Shown here one piece after another: positions 34,482 to 47,399 of a stretch of 54,088 nucleotides of DNA; positions within the stretch are counted from its first letter, which is position 1; each line of letters starts with the position of its first letter. The position numbers and the translations under genes were made by a program. This DNA is from Chara braunii. Its lineage: Eukaryota; Plantae; Charophyceae. The stretch spans positions 3,836,394-3,890,481 of the forward strand of contig BFEA01000034.1 in assembly GCA_003427395.1 (NCBI GenBank). The letters are read 5' to 3'. The notes under the pieces are model-generated. The model had not been told where the DNA came from, did not search any database, and worked only from the letters and a program-made list of their open reading frames with translations.

Positions 34482-35400
34482 TTTTTTTTTTCTCTTTTTT
34501 TTTCACAAAAAGCATAGCTCACTTTTATTGCAACCAGTAAACCGGAGGCCCGGAAACCCTCCACAAACAGCCCGGAGAAAAGAAGGGTCTGGGACTCCTG
34601 CTTGGGACCATTACCCAGGTCTGGGACTCTGGGACCATTACCCAGGTCTGGGACTCTGGGACCATTACCCAGTTTAGGTTCAGGCGTTGGGAAGACGTCC
34701 AAAGCAGAAGAGGTCAAATTTGGACCGAGGACCAAGAGGTTCTGTGTTATTATTAAAAAAAAATAATAATAATAAAAATCTGCACCGCTGCTCTGACTAA
34801 TGCGCAACCCTAGTGAAAAAAGAAGAAGCCAACATGGCCTTCAAAACCGAACTACCGTCTTCGCCCGAACACAATGCATGCACCCTCATTTTGGCTGTAT
34901 CTGGCCGGAAATATAACTCGTATACATTCATTTCTAGGGTGCATTATGTTGGGGGGAAGACGGTAGCCCAAAAGGAAAGGGAAAAAAAAAGGAAACAATC
35001 AACATAACAGAACGATAGTACCCTGACATGGGCCTAAAAATCCAAACAATGGGCAGAAATTGTCACACAGGGCCGGAACAAAGCCTCAAACCCCCCGCCT
35101 TTACCCCGTGCAAAGGAGAGCGTCTCACGGGCAATGTTGATTAAGAATCCCAATTTCTTTGCTCTGGATTTCCACAGGAAACGCAACGTGCCACCAGCCT
35201 CCTCGTGACCTTCCACTGATTCACAAACCGCGCTGACAAACCGCGTAATAGAGAACAGCATACCAAGTTAGCAACCAAAGCCCTCTTGATTATAGAGATC
35301 TGCCCCGCCGTACCCCACAAGTTGAGTCTCGCCGCTATCCTCTGTTGCAGTAGAAGAAACCTTGGGCGACTGCTTCTACTTTGAGACTTGTTAAGACTTT
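34482..35400 (-). mobile_element. Internally deleted L1 copy: ORF2 fragment plus conserved 3' terminus and polyA
   Basis: PolyT 34482-34503; terminal motif homologous to 24106-24193 with the hairpin triplicated; ARLNLWG..IIKRALVAN and FLWKSRAK..RGKGGG. Confidence 0.75.
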
Positions 35401-36302
35401 CAAAAATCTTCTTTCCTCCACCTTCTCCACCCTCTTCATCCCCCACTGCACTTCCAGCAAGTGGTCACTTGGTAAAGGTATGTACATTTGTCCCGGTTGA
35501 CTGATGCTTCGGAAATCGGAAAAGGACCAAGTACTCGGCGAGCAGGGTGGACTTGAAAACAGAGTGTCTTATTCCAAATTCTCAGGAATTGACTCACCGT
35601 GAGGGCACGGGTGTGCAGCCCATAGTTTGTATGTTGATGTGTTCGGGGAAGGGGAAGGTAGTGATTAAGTGGTGTGTTGGCCGCGGAAAATGTGGGGCAT
35701 GCAGGGGTAAAGGCCCATACTTCCAATGTCAGGCCGCTAAGTAAGCCCTGTGCAGCGTGAAGTCCCATAGATCCAATGTCAGGGGCATAAGGGGGTAATA
35801 AGGGCCCTGTGGTGTGTGTCCGATCCATAAAGAGAGAGGAAGAACAATGTAGCTGGATTGCAGTTCAAGGTACCTTTTTTTTTTTTGTCAAGAAAATGTT
35901 GGTTTATCGAAAAGGGCCTAGTGCCCAAGGCGAAACTGGACCTTGTATCCAGCAGGTGCGGTCCCCGCCAACAGGTTTGAGCCATCCGCACCACTAGTCC
36001 TCCATCCTGGTGGTGTTCTCATAGCCACCAGGATTGAGTATTGGCATCGATGATACCTCGGGAAAAAAAGGTAAAAACAGAAACAGTTTTGCTGTGTTCT
36101 TGACAGTCAACCCACCAATGAACTCACGGAGCAATCAACCAATCACTCAATCCATTCCATCAACGAGTCCGTCGATGAAGCAATCAATCAACTCATTTTA
36201 AGCAGTTGACTGCAGCAAGCTGTTAATCAACTGATCAATCCTTCAAACGCAGTGAGCTGATTAGCGGCGGCCTGACGGTATTTCTGCAATGACTCTGGAT
36301 AC

Positions 36303-36304
<2 letters not shown>

Positions 36305-36338
<34 letters not shown>

Positions 36339-36397
36339 AGGGGGGGGGGGGCACTACTCGTCAAGTCGTCAAGTCCTGACAGCCAAGACCAGTGATC

Positions 36398-36490
<93 letters not shown>
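36305..36490. repeat. (GT)n(GA)n and (CA)n(GA)n microsatellites before a gap
   Basis: Directly visible; gap 36491-37400. Confidence 0.95.
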
Positions 36491-37400
36491 NNNNNNNNNN
36501 NNNNNNNNNNNNNNNNNNNNNNNNNNNNNNNNNNNNNNNNNNNNNNNNNNNNNNNNNNNNNNNNNNNNNNNNNNNNNNNNNNNNNNNNNNNNNNNNNNNN
36601 NNNNNNNNNNNNNNNNNNNNNNNNNNNNNNNNNNNNNNNNNNNNNNNNNNNNNNNNNNNNNNNNNNNNNNNNNNNNNNNNNNNNNNNNNNNNNNNNNNNN
36701 NNNNNNNNNNNNNNNNNNNNNNNNNNNNNNNNNNNNNNNNNNNNNNNNNNNNNNNNNNNNNNNNNNNNNNNNNNNNNNNNNNNNNNNNNNNNNNNNNNNN
36801 NNNNNNNNNNNNNNNNNNNNNNNNNNNNNNNNNNNNNNNNNNNNNNNNNNNNNNNNNNNNNNNNNNNNNNNNNNNNNNNNNNNNNNNNNNNNNNNNNNNN
36901 NNNNNNNNNNNNNNNNNNNNNNNNNNNNNNNNNNNNNNNNNNNNNNNNNNNNNNNNNNNNNNNNNNNNNNNNNNNNNNNNNNNNNNNNNNNNNNNNNNNN
37001 NNNNNNNNNNNNNNNNNNNNNNNNNNNNNNNNNNNNNNNNNNNNNNNNNNNNNNNNNNNNNNNNNNNNNNNNNNNNNNNNNNNNNNNNNNNNNNNNNNNN
37101 NNNNNNNNNNNNNNNNNNNNNNNNNNNNNNNNNNNNNNNNNNNNNNNNNNNNNNNNNNNNNNNNNNNNNNNNNNNNNNNNNNNNNNNNNNNNNNNNNNNN
37201 NNNNNNNNNNNNNNNNNNNNNNNNNNNNNNNNNNNNNNNNNNNNNNNNNNNNNNNNNNNNNNNNNNNNNNNNNNNNNNNNNNNNNNNNNNNNNNNNNNNN
37301 NNNNNNNNNNNNNNNNNNNNNNNNNNNNNNNNNNNNNNNNNNNNNNNNNNNNNNNNNNNNNNNNNNNNNNNNNNNNNNNNNNNNNNNNNNNNNNNNNNNN

Positions 37401-37620
37401 TGCTGATGTGGCGCTGCCTCTGGTATATGTGGCGCTGCCTATGGTCTACGTGGCATGCTGATGTGGCGCTGCCTCTGGTATATGTGGCGCTGCCTCTGGT
37501 CTACGTGGCATGCTGACGTGGTGCTGCCTCTGGTATATGTGGCGCTGCTATTGGTCTTCATTGATGATGTGGCATTGCCACCTGTCTTATTTATGACGTG
37601 GCATTGTCCACGCTGTCTAC
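37401..37620. repeat. Minisatellite of ATGTGGCGCTGCCTCTGGT / ACGTGGCA units (higher-order ~55 bp)
   Basis: Directly visible; related TGA(C/T)GTGGCA motifs also at 42020-42150. Confidence 0.85.
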
Positions 37621-38069
37621 ATGAGGTGACTGGTTGCGAGGAAGAGGTAGATCAGGACTGTGGAGAGATCGTGAATGCGTACCTGGTTGTCTTCATGTTG
37701 ACATTGCTCCAGTGCTGATGAGGGACTAATTAGACGTGCCACGTGGCACATTGAGGTTACTTCAGATACTCGTTCAGACTGTTGATTATTGAAGTGGTGT
37801 TGGGGGAGGGAGCCCGAAGCAGGAGTGGGCATTGTATTTATTTCCTCTCCTTTGTCTAATCTCCCTCCTCTCTCCTTCGTCTGTGTATGATTATCTCGTC
37901 TCATTCTGTCTGGACACGATCTTGATTATTAGTAATCATCAGCTGTTGACATTCATCTGGACTTGCATTGTTGATAACTGTCTTCACGATCTGGGTTCAT
38001 TGCAAAATCTCTATATAGAATATATAGATAGACTAGACAATAAGGTAATCAAATTTGATTACTTTATTG

Positions 38070-39694
38070 TTAGGTTACCAGGTTGGACGTCCGGGACCCC
38101 CCTGACCGTCCGGGGTTGTCCGGTCGGACATCCTCCCCGGGCAGTCTGTCCGAGACTTTTCGGCAAAAAAAAAAAAAAAAAACATCTGCAAGGAAAATGA
38201 TGGATATGACAGAATCCAGATAGCACAATCACATTGAAAGCAAGAAAGTCCCATAGTGTCCAGATAAGCAGCATTGCACCAATATTACACCAATGGAGAA
38301 TCGAAACACTGAAACCGAATGTCAATGAGAGCTTTACTCTCGTCCCCACCAACATACGTATCCAGGCCCTCTCTCCCTACTTGGCGCTTGGCGCCCAGGC
38401 TACTCCCTACACAGCTACGTCCTGCCTACAAATTGACAATGCAACTGTTGACGTCAGCAGCCACCGAAGTACTCGAAGATGTCGACCAATGCAGACCATC
38501 GCCAATACAAGGTATGCGCCCTCACATCATCATCCTCATCTCTATCACTCGCTCCCTATCCTTGTCTTCCTTCCACGTCTTCTCCCTCATGCACGAAGAC
38601 CACCGCCACCTCCACTGGCTGTCCAAGCCAAGCCCTGGCTATGTAGGGCCGGCTATGGCGCTGCCCTCAGCAGCGCCCTGCCTTCTTCCAGCGCCCGCGC
38701 GCACTGCCTGGCAACTAGCGCTCAGCGCACAGCCCGCGAGCGCATGCTCAACCAGCGCTGCCTAGTGCCCGAATGCCTCCACCAGTGGCGAGCTCTTTCC
38801 TTTATGAAAACTGCTCGCCCAGTCTGCTCCCTGGCTGGGCCTCGTGTGTTTCCAGTAGCTTCTGATCGGGCCAAAGTGTCAGCCCCCAGGCCCATTCAGA
38901 CAGTGGCCTGGGACCGAATTGGCTAGGCATGCCCAACCATCCAGGAGTAAATGTGAGGTTCTCCCTGCTGCGACTGTGCTGCTGGAAGAGCCCAGAAGGC
39001 TCATGAATTATTTCTGATTCTCACGAGTATGGAGGATGTAACCAACTGGCGCATGGCAACCATCTGGCGCCCACCAAACTTTGCCAAAATTGACGAACTC
39101 AGGCCGTATTGAAATTCAGGGGCCCGCCTTCACTTAGGGCGGGCTCATGCTTGCTGAAAGGGCCCTACAGGGGCATGCCAAGGAGCCAACTCGTACAAGG
39201 CCTTGTCAAAGATCCATGTCCGCATGGGGTTCACAACAGGCTCTGCTTGGGACCCTCAGCCTGGTCTCATAGCCCTATAAACAGGCATTGGCACATATTT
39301 GCAGGCCCGCCTTCACTTAGGGCGGGCACGGCACCTTTCAGAAATTTTTCAAAAAAAAACTATGTTATGAAGAAAAAAACTGAACAAAAAAAAAATCCAA
39401 AAATCCGAAAAAAAAAACTATGTTATGAAGAAAAATAAACTGAACGACTTTTTTTTTTTTTTTTTTTTTTTAATAACTGAGCAACTTTTGCCTTGGGATC
39501 ACATCGAACTTCGTTATCAAATTTAAAATAAAAAATAAAATTAACAACACCCCCAATATTTTTTCTTTTTTTCGTGCTTCAAACTGCTAAAAATGGAGTT
39601 GTCCGGGCCCGGACGTCCCGGACCCTCCCCCCCCTCTCCCCCCTCTCCGACTGTCCGGCCAGGATGTCCTGCCATCGTACAACTGGTAATATAG
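38070..39694. mobile_element. Non-autonomous hAT-like DNA transposon with 8-bp TSD
   Basis: TSD CTTTATTG at 38062-38069 and 39695-39702; imperfect TIR TTAGGTTACCAG(G)TTG / CAACTGGTAATATAG; GTCCG/CGGAC subterminal repeats at both ends; no transposase recognisable. Confidence 0.75.
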
Positions 39695-39981
39695 CTTTAT
39701 TGACTGTTCTAACTTCTCAGTATTCTGTCTATATGATGTGTGCTCATTCTGCTTAGCTCCTCTTTTTTAATTTTATTTTTGCATCTTATAAATAATATGA
39801 TAATTATTAATTATCATTATCATGAAATTTTCTACTCAAGTACATATTGAAATAAGCCAAGTACTCGTCAAGTTCAACCTTGCATTCATCAATGAACATT
39901 CACATGAGAGTTTACACGTGAGAAGCCAAATCGAGATACAATCAACACTTGAAGATGTCGTCTCCAATATTATTATCAATG

Positions 39982-40338
39982 TACGTTGCCACTTGTACGT
40001 ACCCTCGTACAAGTACGGATTCGTACTCTTGTACTCGTACGCTACTCGTACGTTAGGGGACCCGTACAAGGGTGTTTTTTTTTTTTTTTTTTTTTTTTTT
40101 NNNNNNNNNNNNNNNNNNNNNNNNNNNNNNNNNNNNNNNNNNNNNNNNNNNNNNNNNNNNNNNNNNNNNNNNNNNNNNNNNNNNNNNNNNNNNNNNNNNN
40201 TTATGACACTTTTTTTTTTTTTTTTTTGCTTTTTCGTACGGGGGCGTACAAGACATACAGGTTCCCGTACAGATCCCGTACAGAAATAACCTGTACGTTT
40301 CGTACGGGAAGCCCCCGTACGTGTACTCTATCCAACGT
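39982..40338. mobile_element. Putative MITE rich in CGTAC/GTACG motifs (spans a gap)
   Basis: Ends TACGTTG / CAACGTA; dense GTAC motifs; no TSD seen. Confidence 0.4.
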
Positions 40339-40339
40339 A

Positions 40340-43300
40340 GCACAAGAATGTTTGTCTCCAGCGGCTCTCCCGCACACACACGCATAACGGATATCAACCA
40401 GATAGCGGCTATGGCTTCTCCCCTTCTTCTCTCTCTCTGACTTGGCTCGCTCTTCCTCACTCTCTCTCTCTACCCTGGATCGTTACCCTGGATACACCCA
40501 CTCCGGTAGCATACACCTTGGCGGCTATGGCCGCCGTCCTCCTGCTCTACCCCTAGCCTAGCTATGGAGTATCTCTCAAGCGCCCTCATCTTCTTCGGGC
40601 GCACAGTGGCCAAGTTGCCTTAACGCACAAGCAGCAGCAGCGCTTCTGCATCTCGCAACTGAACAAATGCCGAGCTGCTGCACTGTAGCAGCTACATATA
40701 GGACTTGACTTTGCTTGGCTTGGCTTGGCTTGGCCTGCTTCAGACCGGTACCGGTCGGCCGCGGCCTGTCTGCTGCCAACATTTTGTCGGTCCGGTAGCT
40801 TCCGGACTTTCCTGGGACATGCTGCAAAATTGGACTTGGGACTGTTGGACTGGACTGGATGCTTCTGGACTTTTCTTGTCGGGTACCGGACGGACTCCTA
40901 CCGACTTACGATGCTTCTGTACCGACACCTACCGACCTACAACACTTTGGCCTCTAGCCCCTACGGCCTACCCTACCGGATGGCCCTGGGACTTGGGGCT
41001 TTTCAGGACCCTGGGACCGGGACTGGGTGTCGGCAGTGTGAATCCCTTAACTCCCGCCGGCCTGATTTCGAGGTCGTCCAAGAAAAATCTTAACTTTATC
41101 GATCATACACATTCACTCCCCGTCTAGCCCTCTCATAATAGGAGACAATGTGAGGGGCTGTTTGTATGAGTTCCACCCTGGGGAACCAGCGGTCTTCGCT
41201 GGGTTCCTGATAGGCAAATCTAACTCTGTATTCCCTTTGCGGTCTCCCTCGGCGACCTGTACGGAAAGTACCTTCAGCAACTATTCGGTCTACGTCATAA
41301 CCTCCGTCCATATCAGGTGGAATTATGGAACGATGAGAGGGACACTGATGGTTTGTAATACAGGGAAGCAAACTTAGATGCGTGGAATACTGGATACGTA
41401 TGCAGGTGGGGTGGAATCACGATAGTGTAGGACGGACCATCTGCCTCTCCTCTTGACTTCTAAGACTTGCCATGGCCCCCTCCCTATACGCAGGTAGCAG
41501 TTTCGGCGAGATCCCTTGGTCCGGAATGAACTCCTTAGACTTTACCCAGACCAAGTCTCCTATCGCAAACTGTGACGGATGTCAGTGTTTGTTGGCCTGC
41601 TCTACCATCTGATGCTGCGCTTTAAGGATGTTCTGCTTGACCTGCTCTAAGTCTTTCTCATACTGAACGGCGAATTCTCTCGTACCTGGTGGCAACCTGT
41701 GGATTCGATCCGGGTTCAGGCAATCAATCCGATGCCGGGCTTGCCAACCTTCATGCAGTTCGTTGGGGGTGCGTGCTGTAGACAAATGCACCGAGTTGTT
41801 GTACGCAGACTGCACTTTTGGAAGGTGTTTGTCCCAATCAACCTGGTGGGGCCTAATGTACATGCGCAGCATTTGTGTCCGCCCGCTTCTTCCATTGAGC
41901 TAACTGCTCCAATACATGGGCCTCATAGGCCTCATTGGCTTCCCCTGGCCGTCGCTCCATGTCGACCGTCTGTGAGCAGGTGACTGGTGGCATGCACCGC
42001 AGAAACGCGTGGCTCGGCTGATGTGGCACCAGCTGCTGCTGACATGGCACTGATCGGCTGCTGTCGTGACACGGCTGTCGGCTGATGTGTTGCTGCTGAC
42101 GTGTCGCTGCCAACGTGTCGCTGCTGACATGGCCTGCTGACGTGGCAACGTACCAATGCCGTCGGGAAAGAAGAAGCTGGGTGGGGGCGGGGGTGAGAGA
42201 ACATAGCAGCGTAGAAGGGGTGTGCGGGGGAGGGGAATGCAATGCGCTTACCCCCATGGGGTCACACTGATCACCCAGATAAGAAGCCAGTAATCAAATT
42301 GAAAAAGTTTGAACTTCGCTTGACTTGAGATATTCCGAGGAAAATAAAAATTCGAAATTGCAAGTCCGGTAGGTCTCCCAATCCCCAGAAATCCCGAAAT
42401 TGAAAGAATAATAAAAAATAGTAATAGTTCCAATTTCAGACTGCAGATAATCAGAGGAAAAAAAGAAGTAATTGAACTGCAAAAAAAATTGCAAGTTCAG
42501 ATGATTCCGAATTAACAAAAATAATAATCCGGAATAATTCAGATGACTGAGATGAGAGTATGCGCAGCAAAGTTCAATTTTGGGAATAATCCCGAAACTC
42601 AACTGCAAGGAGAGATTTTCCGAACAAAGAAAGAAAATTTTGAAAGAGTATATCAACAGAAAAATCCGGATTCAAGAAAATTAAGAAAACCAAAAATTTC
42701 AGTTGCTAATTGTCAAGCAGCGAATTTTCGAATTTCAGAAAACATCGAAAATTTCAACTACTGCGCAGTTTCGGATTTACAAAAAACGAATCCGCGCCAA
42801 AGCAAGAATTCCGAAAATTTTCGGACCTATCAAACAACGAAACTTCGGCGGAAAAAAAAAAAAAACGAAATCGGAAATTTCAGTTGCTGCGCAAATTTCG
42901 GAATTCACGAAACTCTCAAAAAACGAATTTGCGCCAAAGACAGAATGCCGAAGAACAATTTTCTTTTTGGAATTGGCAGTTAGGCTGAAAATAGCGAATG
43001 GGAACTAATCAGGGTATCCTAATCAATCAATCAATCGAGGTTAATCAATCGAGGTTAATCAATCGAGGTTAATCAATCAATCAATCAATCAATCAATTGA
43101 TCGATCGATCCCTTTTTTTTGCGTGGTCAGGTTGATGTCCTGATTGACTGTGTAAGCTCCGATACCAACTGATAGATGCTCAGTCGACACTGTATGGGGA
43201 GCCAAGGATCCGCAGAGTGATGAAAAGGACTCGAATGGACAATGCAATGTCAGCGAAGCATCAACAAGCAATGTACATCCAGATACATAGAAAAATAGCA

Positions 43301-44084
43301 CAATGTAGTGCAGCGGAAGACTCAAAGATATGTCCTGACCTGTTGGATACTGACGCGACATCCCTTCATACACCACACATGTGAGAGAGGGAGGAGGGAC
43401 CGCATACACAAAAGAAAGGTCCCTCCTTGCACACGCACATGGGGGAGATACCACGGATGAGAGATTGGGGGAGGAGTGAGACGAAGATGGAGGTGAGGGA
43501 GACGACCAAGATCGCGATAGCGAAGTCCAAAAATAGTCCCCTACTGAATGTTCAATCAATGTCTGCCACAAAAATGTGGGATCAGATCCTGGGCACAATG
43601 CCCGATGTAACCTCTGCCTACCTACTCCTTTACCTCTACTCCAGCGCAGCGCTGGTCCAGCAGCGTGTTGCCCAAGAAGCGAGCTACCCGAACCCGAACT
43701 GTGTGTCTGCCCTGGCCGTGGCCCAGCTATATGCAGCGCTGGGCTGGCCGGTTTGCCTCTGTGTGCGTACCGACGTGTGCCCCAAATGTGTGCCCAAAAC
43801 GTGGGCATACAGGGCGTGGTCTGGGGCCCGACCGGACGTCCAGACCCTGTACCTGGACAGGGGAGGCCTGCCTCCTGGTGGACCCAGCCCAAGGCACTGG
43901 CTCGGGGACTGCAAGTCTGAAACGACGTCTGAACAGACAAAAATAGGACAGCAAATAAATAATGAATTAAAATAAATAATAAATAAATGAATGCAGTCTC
44001 AAAACCGATACCTGTGCCTAAAGGGCCGCCGTGGGCCTCCAGGGCGCGTGTCTGAAGGGCGTGCGGGCTGGGGGCCCCTCAGCA
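40340..44084 (-). mobile_element. Deleted or chimeric Ty3/Gypsy chromovirus: LTR (44084-43170), tRNA-iMet PBS, leader, gag start, integrase C-terminus, chromodomain, PPT, second LTR from ~41050
   Basis: Minus-strand TG at 44084 ... CA at 43170, then GT-TGGTATCGGAGC (43167-43156); MLRMYIRPHQVDWDKHLPKVQSAYNNSVH; YDVDRIVAE..EYRVRFAY..EDRW; purine tract before 41050. Confidence 0.75.
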
Positions 44085-45925
44085 ACTATCTGGCCGCTGA
44101 AATGGGGCCCGTGTGCAGGCTCAGCATGTAACCGACCAGCAGAGTTGTCCCTGGCTGTTGATGTCGGCTGCCTCTGTGCCTCTGCATATCCACCAACGAG
44201 AGACTGTTAGGAGGGAACAAATCTGGGGACTCCGAGGGGGGCTGCAGAGGAATTGCAGCGTCAACCTTTGTCCAGTCATCGAAAAGTATGTCATACTTCC
44301 GTCGAAGCATCCCTTGGCATTTGATTGCGTGTGTTATATCGTTCTTCGTCTGCAAAAGATCCAATTGTGCTTTAACTTGCAGCCATTGCACCATTAAGTC
44401 TTGCTGAACTTTATGCATTATCAGTTTGGTGGTTTCTTCTCCCTCTATGCGTACATTTTCCATTACATGGATGCATCGTTTTCTCGAGAGGGCCCAAAGG
44501 ACAGCCCTTCTCCCAATCCTGAATAAAGTTTCCTCAAATGTTCTGTCCGAGGAAGGGCGCCACGCCCCGCATAAGAGTGCCCTCCAGTCCCATGGCCAGG
44601 TCGACTCCTTTCCCAGCTGGCGCCAGATCCTGTCCCACCAGCGCCATGTCCGAATCGCTCCCAGGAATTGTAAGAATATGTGCTCCATAGTTTCCAGGCG
44701 CCGGATTTTGCGTTTGCGCGAAGGGAAGGCGACCTGCGACTGCGACATGGCCCTTGTGTTCCAGGTGTGGCTCTTCTGTTTCAGGCGTGTCTGTAGGCGG
44801 ACAGCGGTGCTTTATCTGCCGCTGCAGGGCGACGCTTTTTGTAGGTTTGGACCTGGTCACTGCGAAGCATCGTATCGGCCGGATGTCATCCCTGCCAACC
44901 TTCAGGTGAGTCATCCAATCCAACGATTCTTGGCTACTTCCTTGAGGTTCACCTTCAGTCTGAGCATTCTACAAGCGGCTGTTACCACCAAACGGAACAT
45001 TTTTTTTTTTATTATTTTTTTTTTAACAGAACCTCAGGGTTCTGTCGCCTTTTCCACTCTGGGGAGCATCGGTCCGGTTCCTGTTCCACCGGCAAGTCAA
45101 AAGAATTCACATCAAATACTCGCTCACGCTCCTTCCCTTTATGGTTGGAAGGCCCGAAGGGCGGCATTGATGATGTGTTTTTGTGGTTGTTTCTTTTGCT
45201 TGCAGTGTGCCATTGCCATTCTTCTGGATCGACGGGCAGATCCACGAGCGGGGTGTCGGGACAAAATGCAGTCCAGACCCCCCCCCCCCCCCCACCACCC
45301 ATTCGTGGAGCACCCGATGCCTGAAGAGTTCCGCTTTTTCGTATCATCCCACTGTGTCTGGTATGCTGAGGGTGCCATTTTTGTTCTTATACCACCAGTC
45401 CGTTTGGAGAATTCGAATGAGCCCCTCGAAACGTTAGGGGACTTGGAACAGGGCCCGCTTGGGGGTGGGCATAATTTCTAATTCCACCCCACGGCATGGG
45501 ACTTCTTTTTTTTCTTCTGCTGGCCCTTCGGACTCCCTGTCGTGAGCCTCCCAAATTTCAGGAGAGGCTCAATTGGATTCTCAACTCGGCTGGGGCCATG
45601 TACTGGTGGTTTATGGAAGAGGTAGACTAAGGCCTGGTCTGTGTGTACCTCTACTACATTGCCCACACTTTCTAAGTCCCCTCAAATAGCCAGTATTAGC
45701 CGCCCAGTCACTCTCGTGAAGCACTGATCCTTTCTGCAAAGATTCGTACCTGTCCCGTCCGGTCCTGGCGACTCCGTGTCTACTGACTTCATGGACACGA
45801 AGTTCAGGAGCGGAAGCGGGAAGAGTCAAGTGATGGCAGGAGTAGATAGATTTAGTAAATTTACTTTTTTTCATTGCGCTGCCCGCTGAGGCGAAGACAG
45901 ATTTGGTGATTAAATAGTTCTTCAA
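44085..45925 (-). mobile_element. Degenerate L1/Tx1-type ORF2 3' half (different subfamily)
   Basis: zf-RVT-like LETMEHIFLQ..WRWWDRIW..VLWALSRKRC; upstream part degraded. Confidence 0.6.
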
Positions 45926-45929
45926 TCAC

Positions 45930-47392
45930 TGGGTGAAAGACTACGGCCACCTGCTGACAGTAGATAGTGATAGAGATAGTAGATTCACGGGCGAGCACTG
46001 GCAACAGTTGATGAAAGTATACGGGTCAAAACTCACCGTGTCGTCCAGTAGACACCCGGAGGCCAATGGCCAGACCAAGCAAATAAACAAACTGTTCCAG
46101 CAAGTGCTACACATGTATGTACATTAAGCCCGACCAGATCAATTGGGACGAACATCTTCCCGAAGTGCAGTCTGGCGTATAAAAACTCGGTGCACTTGTC
46201 TACTGCACGCACCCCTAGTGAACTGCTCAGAGGTTGGCAACCCTGACATCCGATTGACTGCTTGAATCCAGATGGGATACAAAGAATGCCACCCAGTACA
46301 ACAGAGTTTGCCATTCAATACGAGAGGGCTCTAGAACAGGCCAAGAAGAACATCCTTAAGGCCCAGCACCAGATGGTAGAGCAAGCTAACGAACATCAAC
46401 GACAATCGCAGTTTGCAGTAGGTGACTTGGTATGGGTTAAGTCTAATGAGTTCATTCCTGAAGAAGGGATCTCGCAGAAACTGTTACCTGCGTATAGGGG
46501 GCCATGGCAAGTCTTAGAAGTCGAGAGGAGAGGCAGATGGGCCGTCCTACACTATCGAGATTCCGCCCCACCTGCACACATACCAAGTATTCCACGCATC
46601 TAAGTTGCTGCCCTGTATTACGAACGACCAGTTTCCCTCCCGACGTTCCATGATTCAACCAGATATGGACGGAGGTTATGATGTAGACCGAACAGTGGCC
46701 GAACATACTTTCCGCACAGGCCGCAGAGGAAGGCCACAACGACAATATGAGGTCAGGTTTGCCTACCAGGAGCCCAGCGAAGACCGCCGGTTCCCCACGG
46801 AAGAACTGATACAGACGTCCCCTCGCATTCTCTCCTTCTATGAGAGGGCTCAAAGAGGAATGAATGTGTATGATAGATAAAGATGAGATTTTTCTCGGAG
46901 GACCTCGAAATTAGGCGGGAGGGAGTGAAAGGATTCACGCTGCAGACACCCCAGTCCCGGTCCTGGAGTCCCGAAGTGTCCCAGGCTGCTCCAGTAGGAT
47001 AGGCCGTAGGGTTTGTACTACTCTGTAGTCCAAAGCGTTGTAGGTTGGAAGGTGTCGGTAACGAAAAGTCTTAGGTCAGTAGGAGTCCGTCCGGTACCCG
47101 ACAAGAGAAGTCCAGAAGCGTCCAGTCCAGTCCGACAGTCCCAAGTCCAATTTTGCAGCATGTCCGAGGAAAGTCTGGACGCTACCGGACCGACAAAATG
47201 TTTGCAGCAGACAGGCCGCGGCCGACCGGTACCGGTCTGAAGCAGGCCAAGCCAAACCAAGCCAAGCAAAGTCAAGTCCTATATGTAGCTGCTACAGTGC
47301 AGCAGCTCGGCATTTGTTCAGTTGCGAGATGCGGAAGCGCTGCTGCTGCTTGTGCGTTAAGGCAACTTGGCCACTGTGCGCCTGAAGACGAG
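45930..47392 (+). mobile_element. Ty3/Gypsy chromovirus fragment: integrase core and C-terminus, chromodomain, PPT, partial LTR from 46926
   Basis: SDRDSRFT..W..SSRHPEANGQT; FAVGDLVWV..KLLPAYRGPW; YDVDRTVAE..YEVRFAY; AGGCGGGAGGGAG followed by TG. Confidence 0.88.
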
Positions 47393-47399
47393 GCAGTCT

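Noticed and set aside
35875-36060. Additional minus-strand retroposon 3' end after a polyT
   Set aside because: No TSD, no second copy in the window and no coding homology to support it.
38234-38926. 230-aa ORF as a transposase
   Set aside because: Non-ATG start, and no DDE, BED-finger or hAT dimerisation motifs.
43089-45481. ORFs of 182-351 aa as host genes
   Set aside because: They lie within a putative LTR or antisense to decayed L1 ORF2, with no domain-like content.
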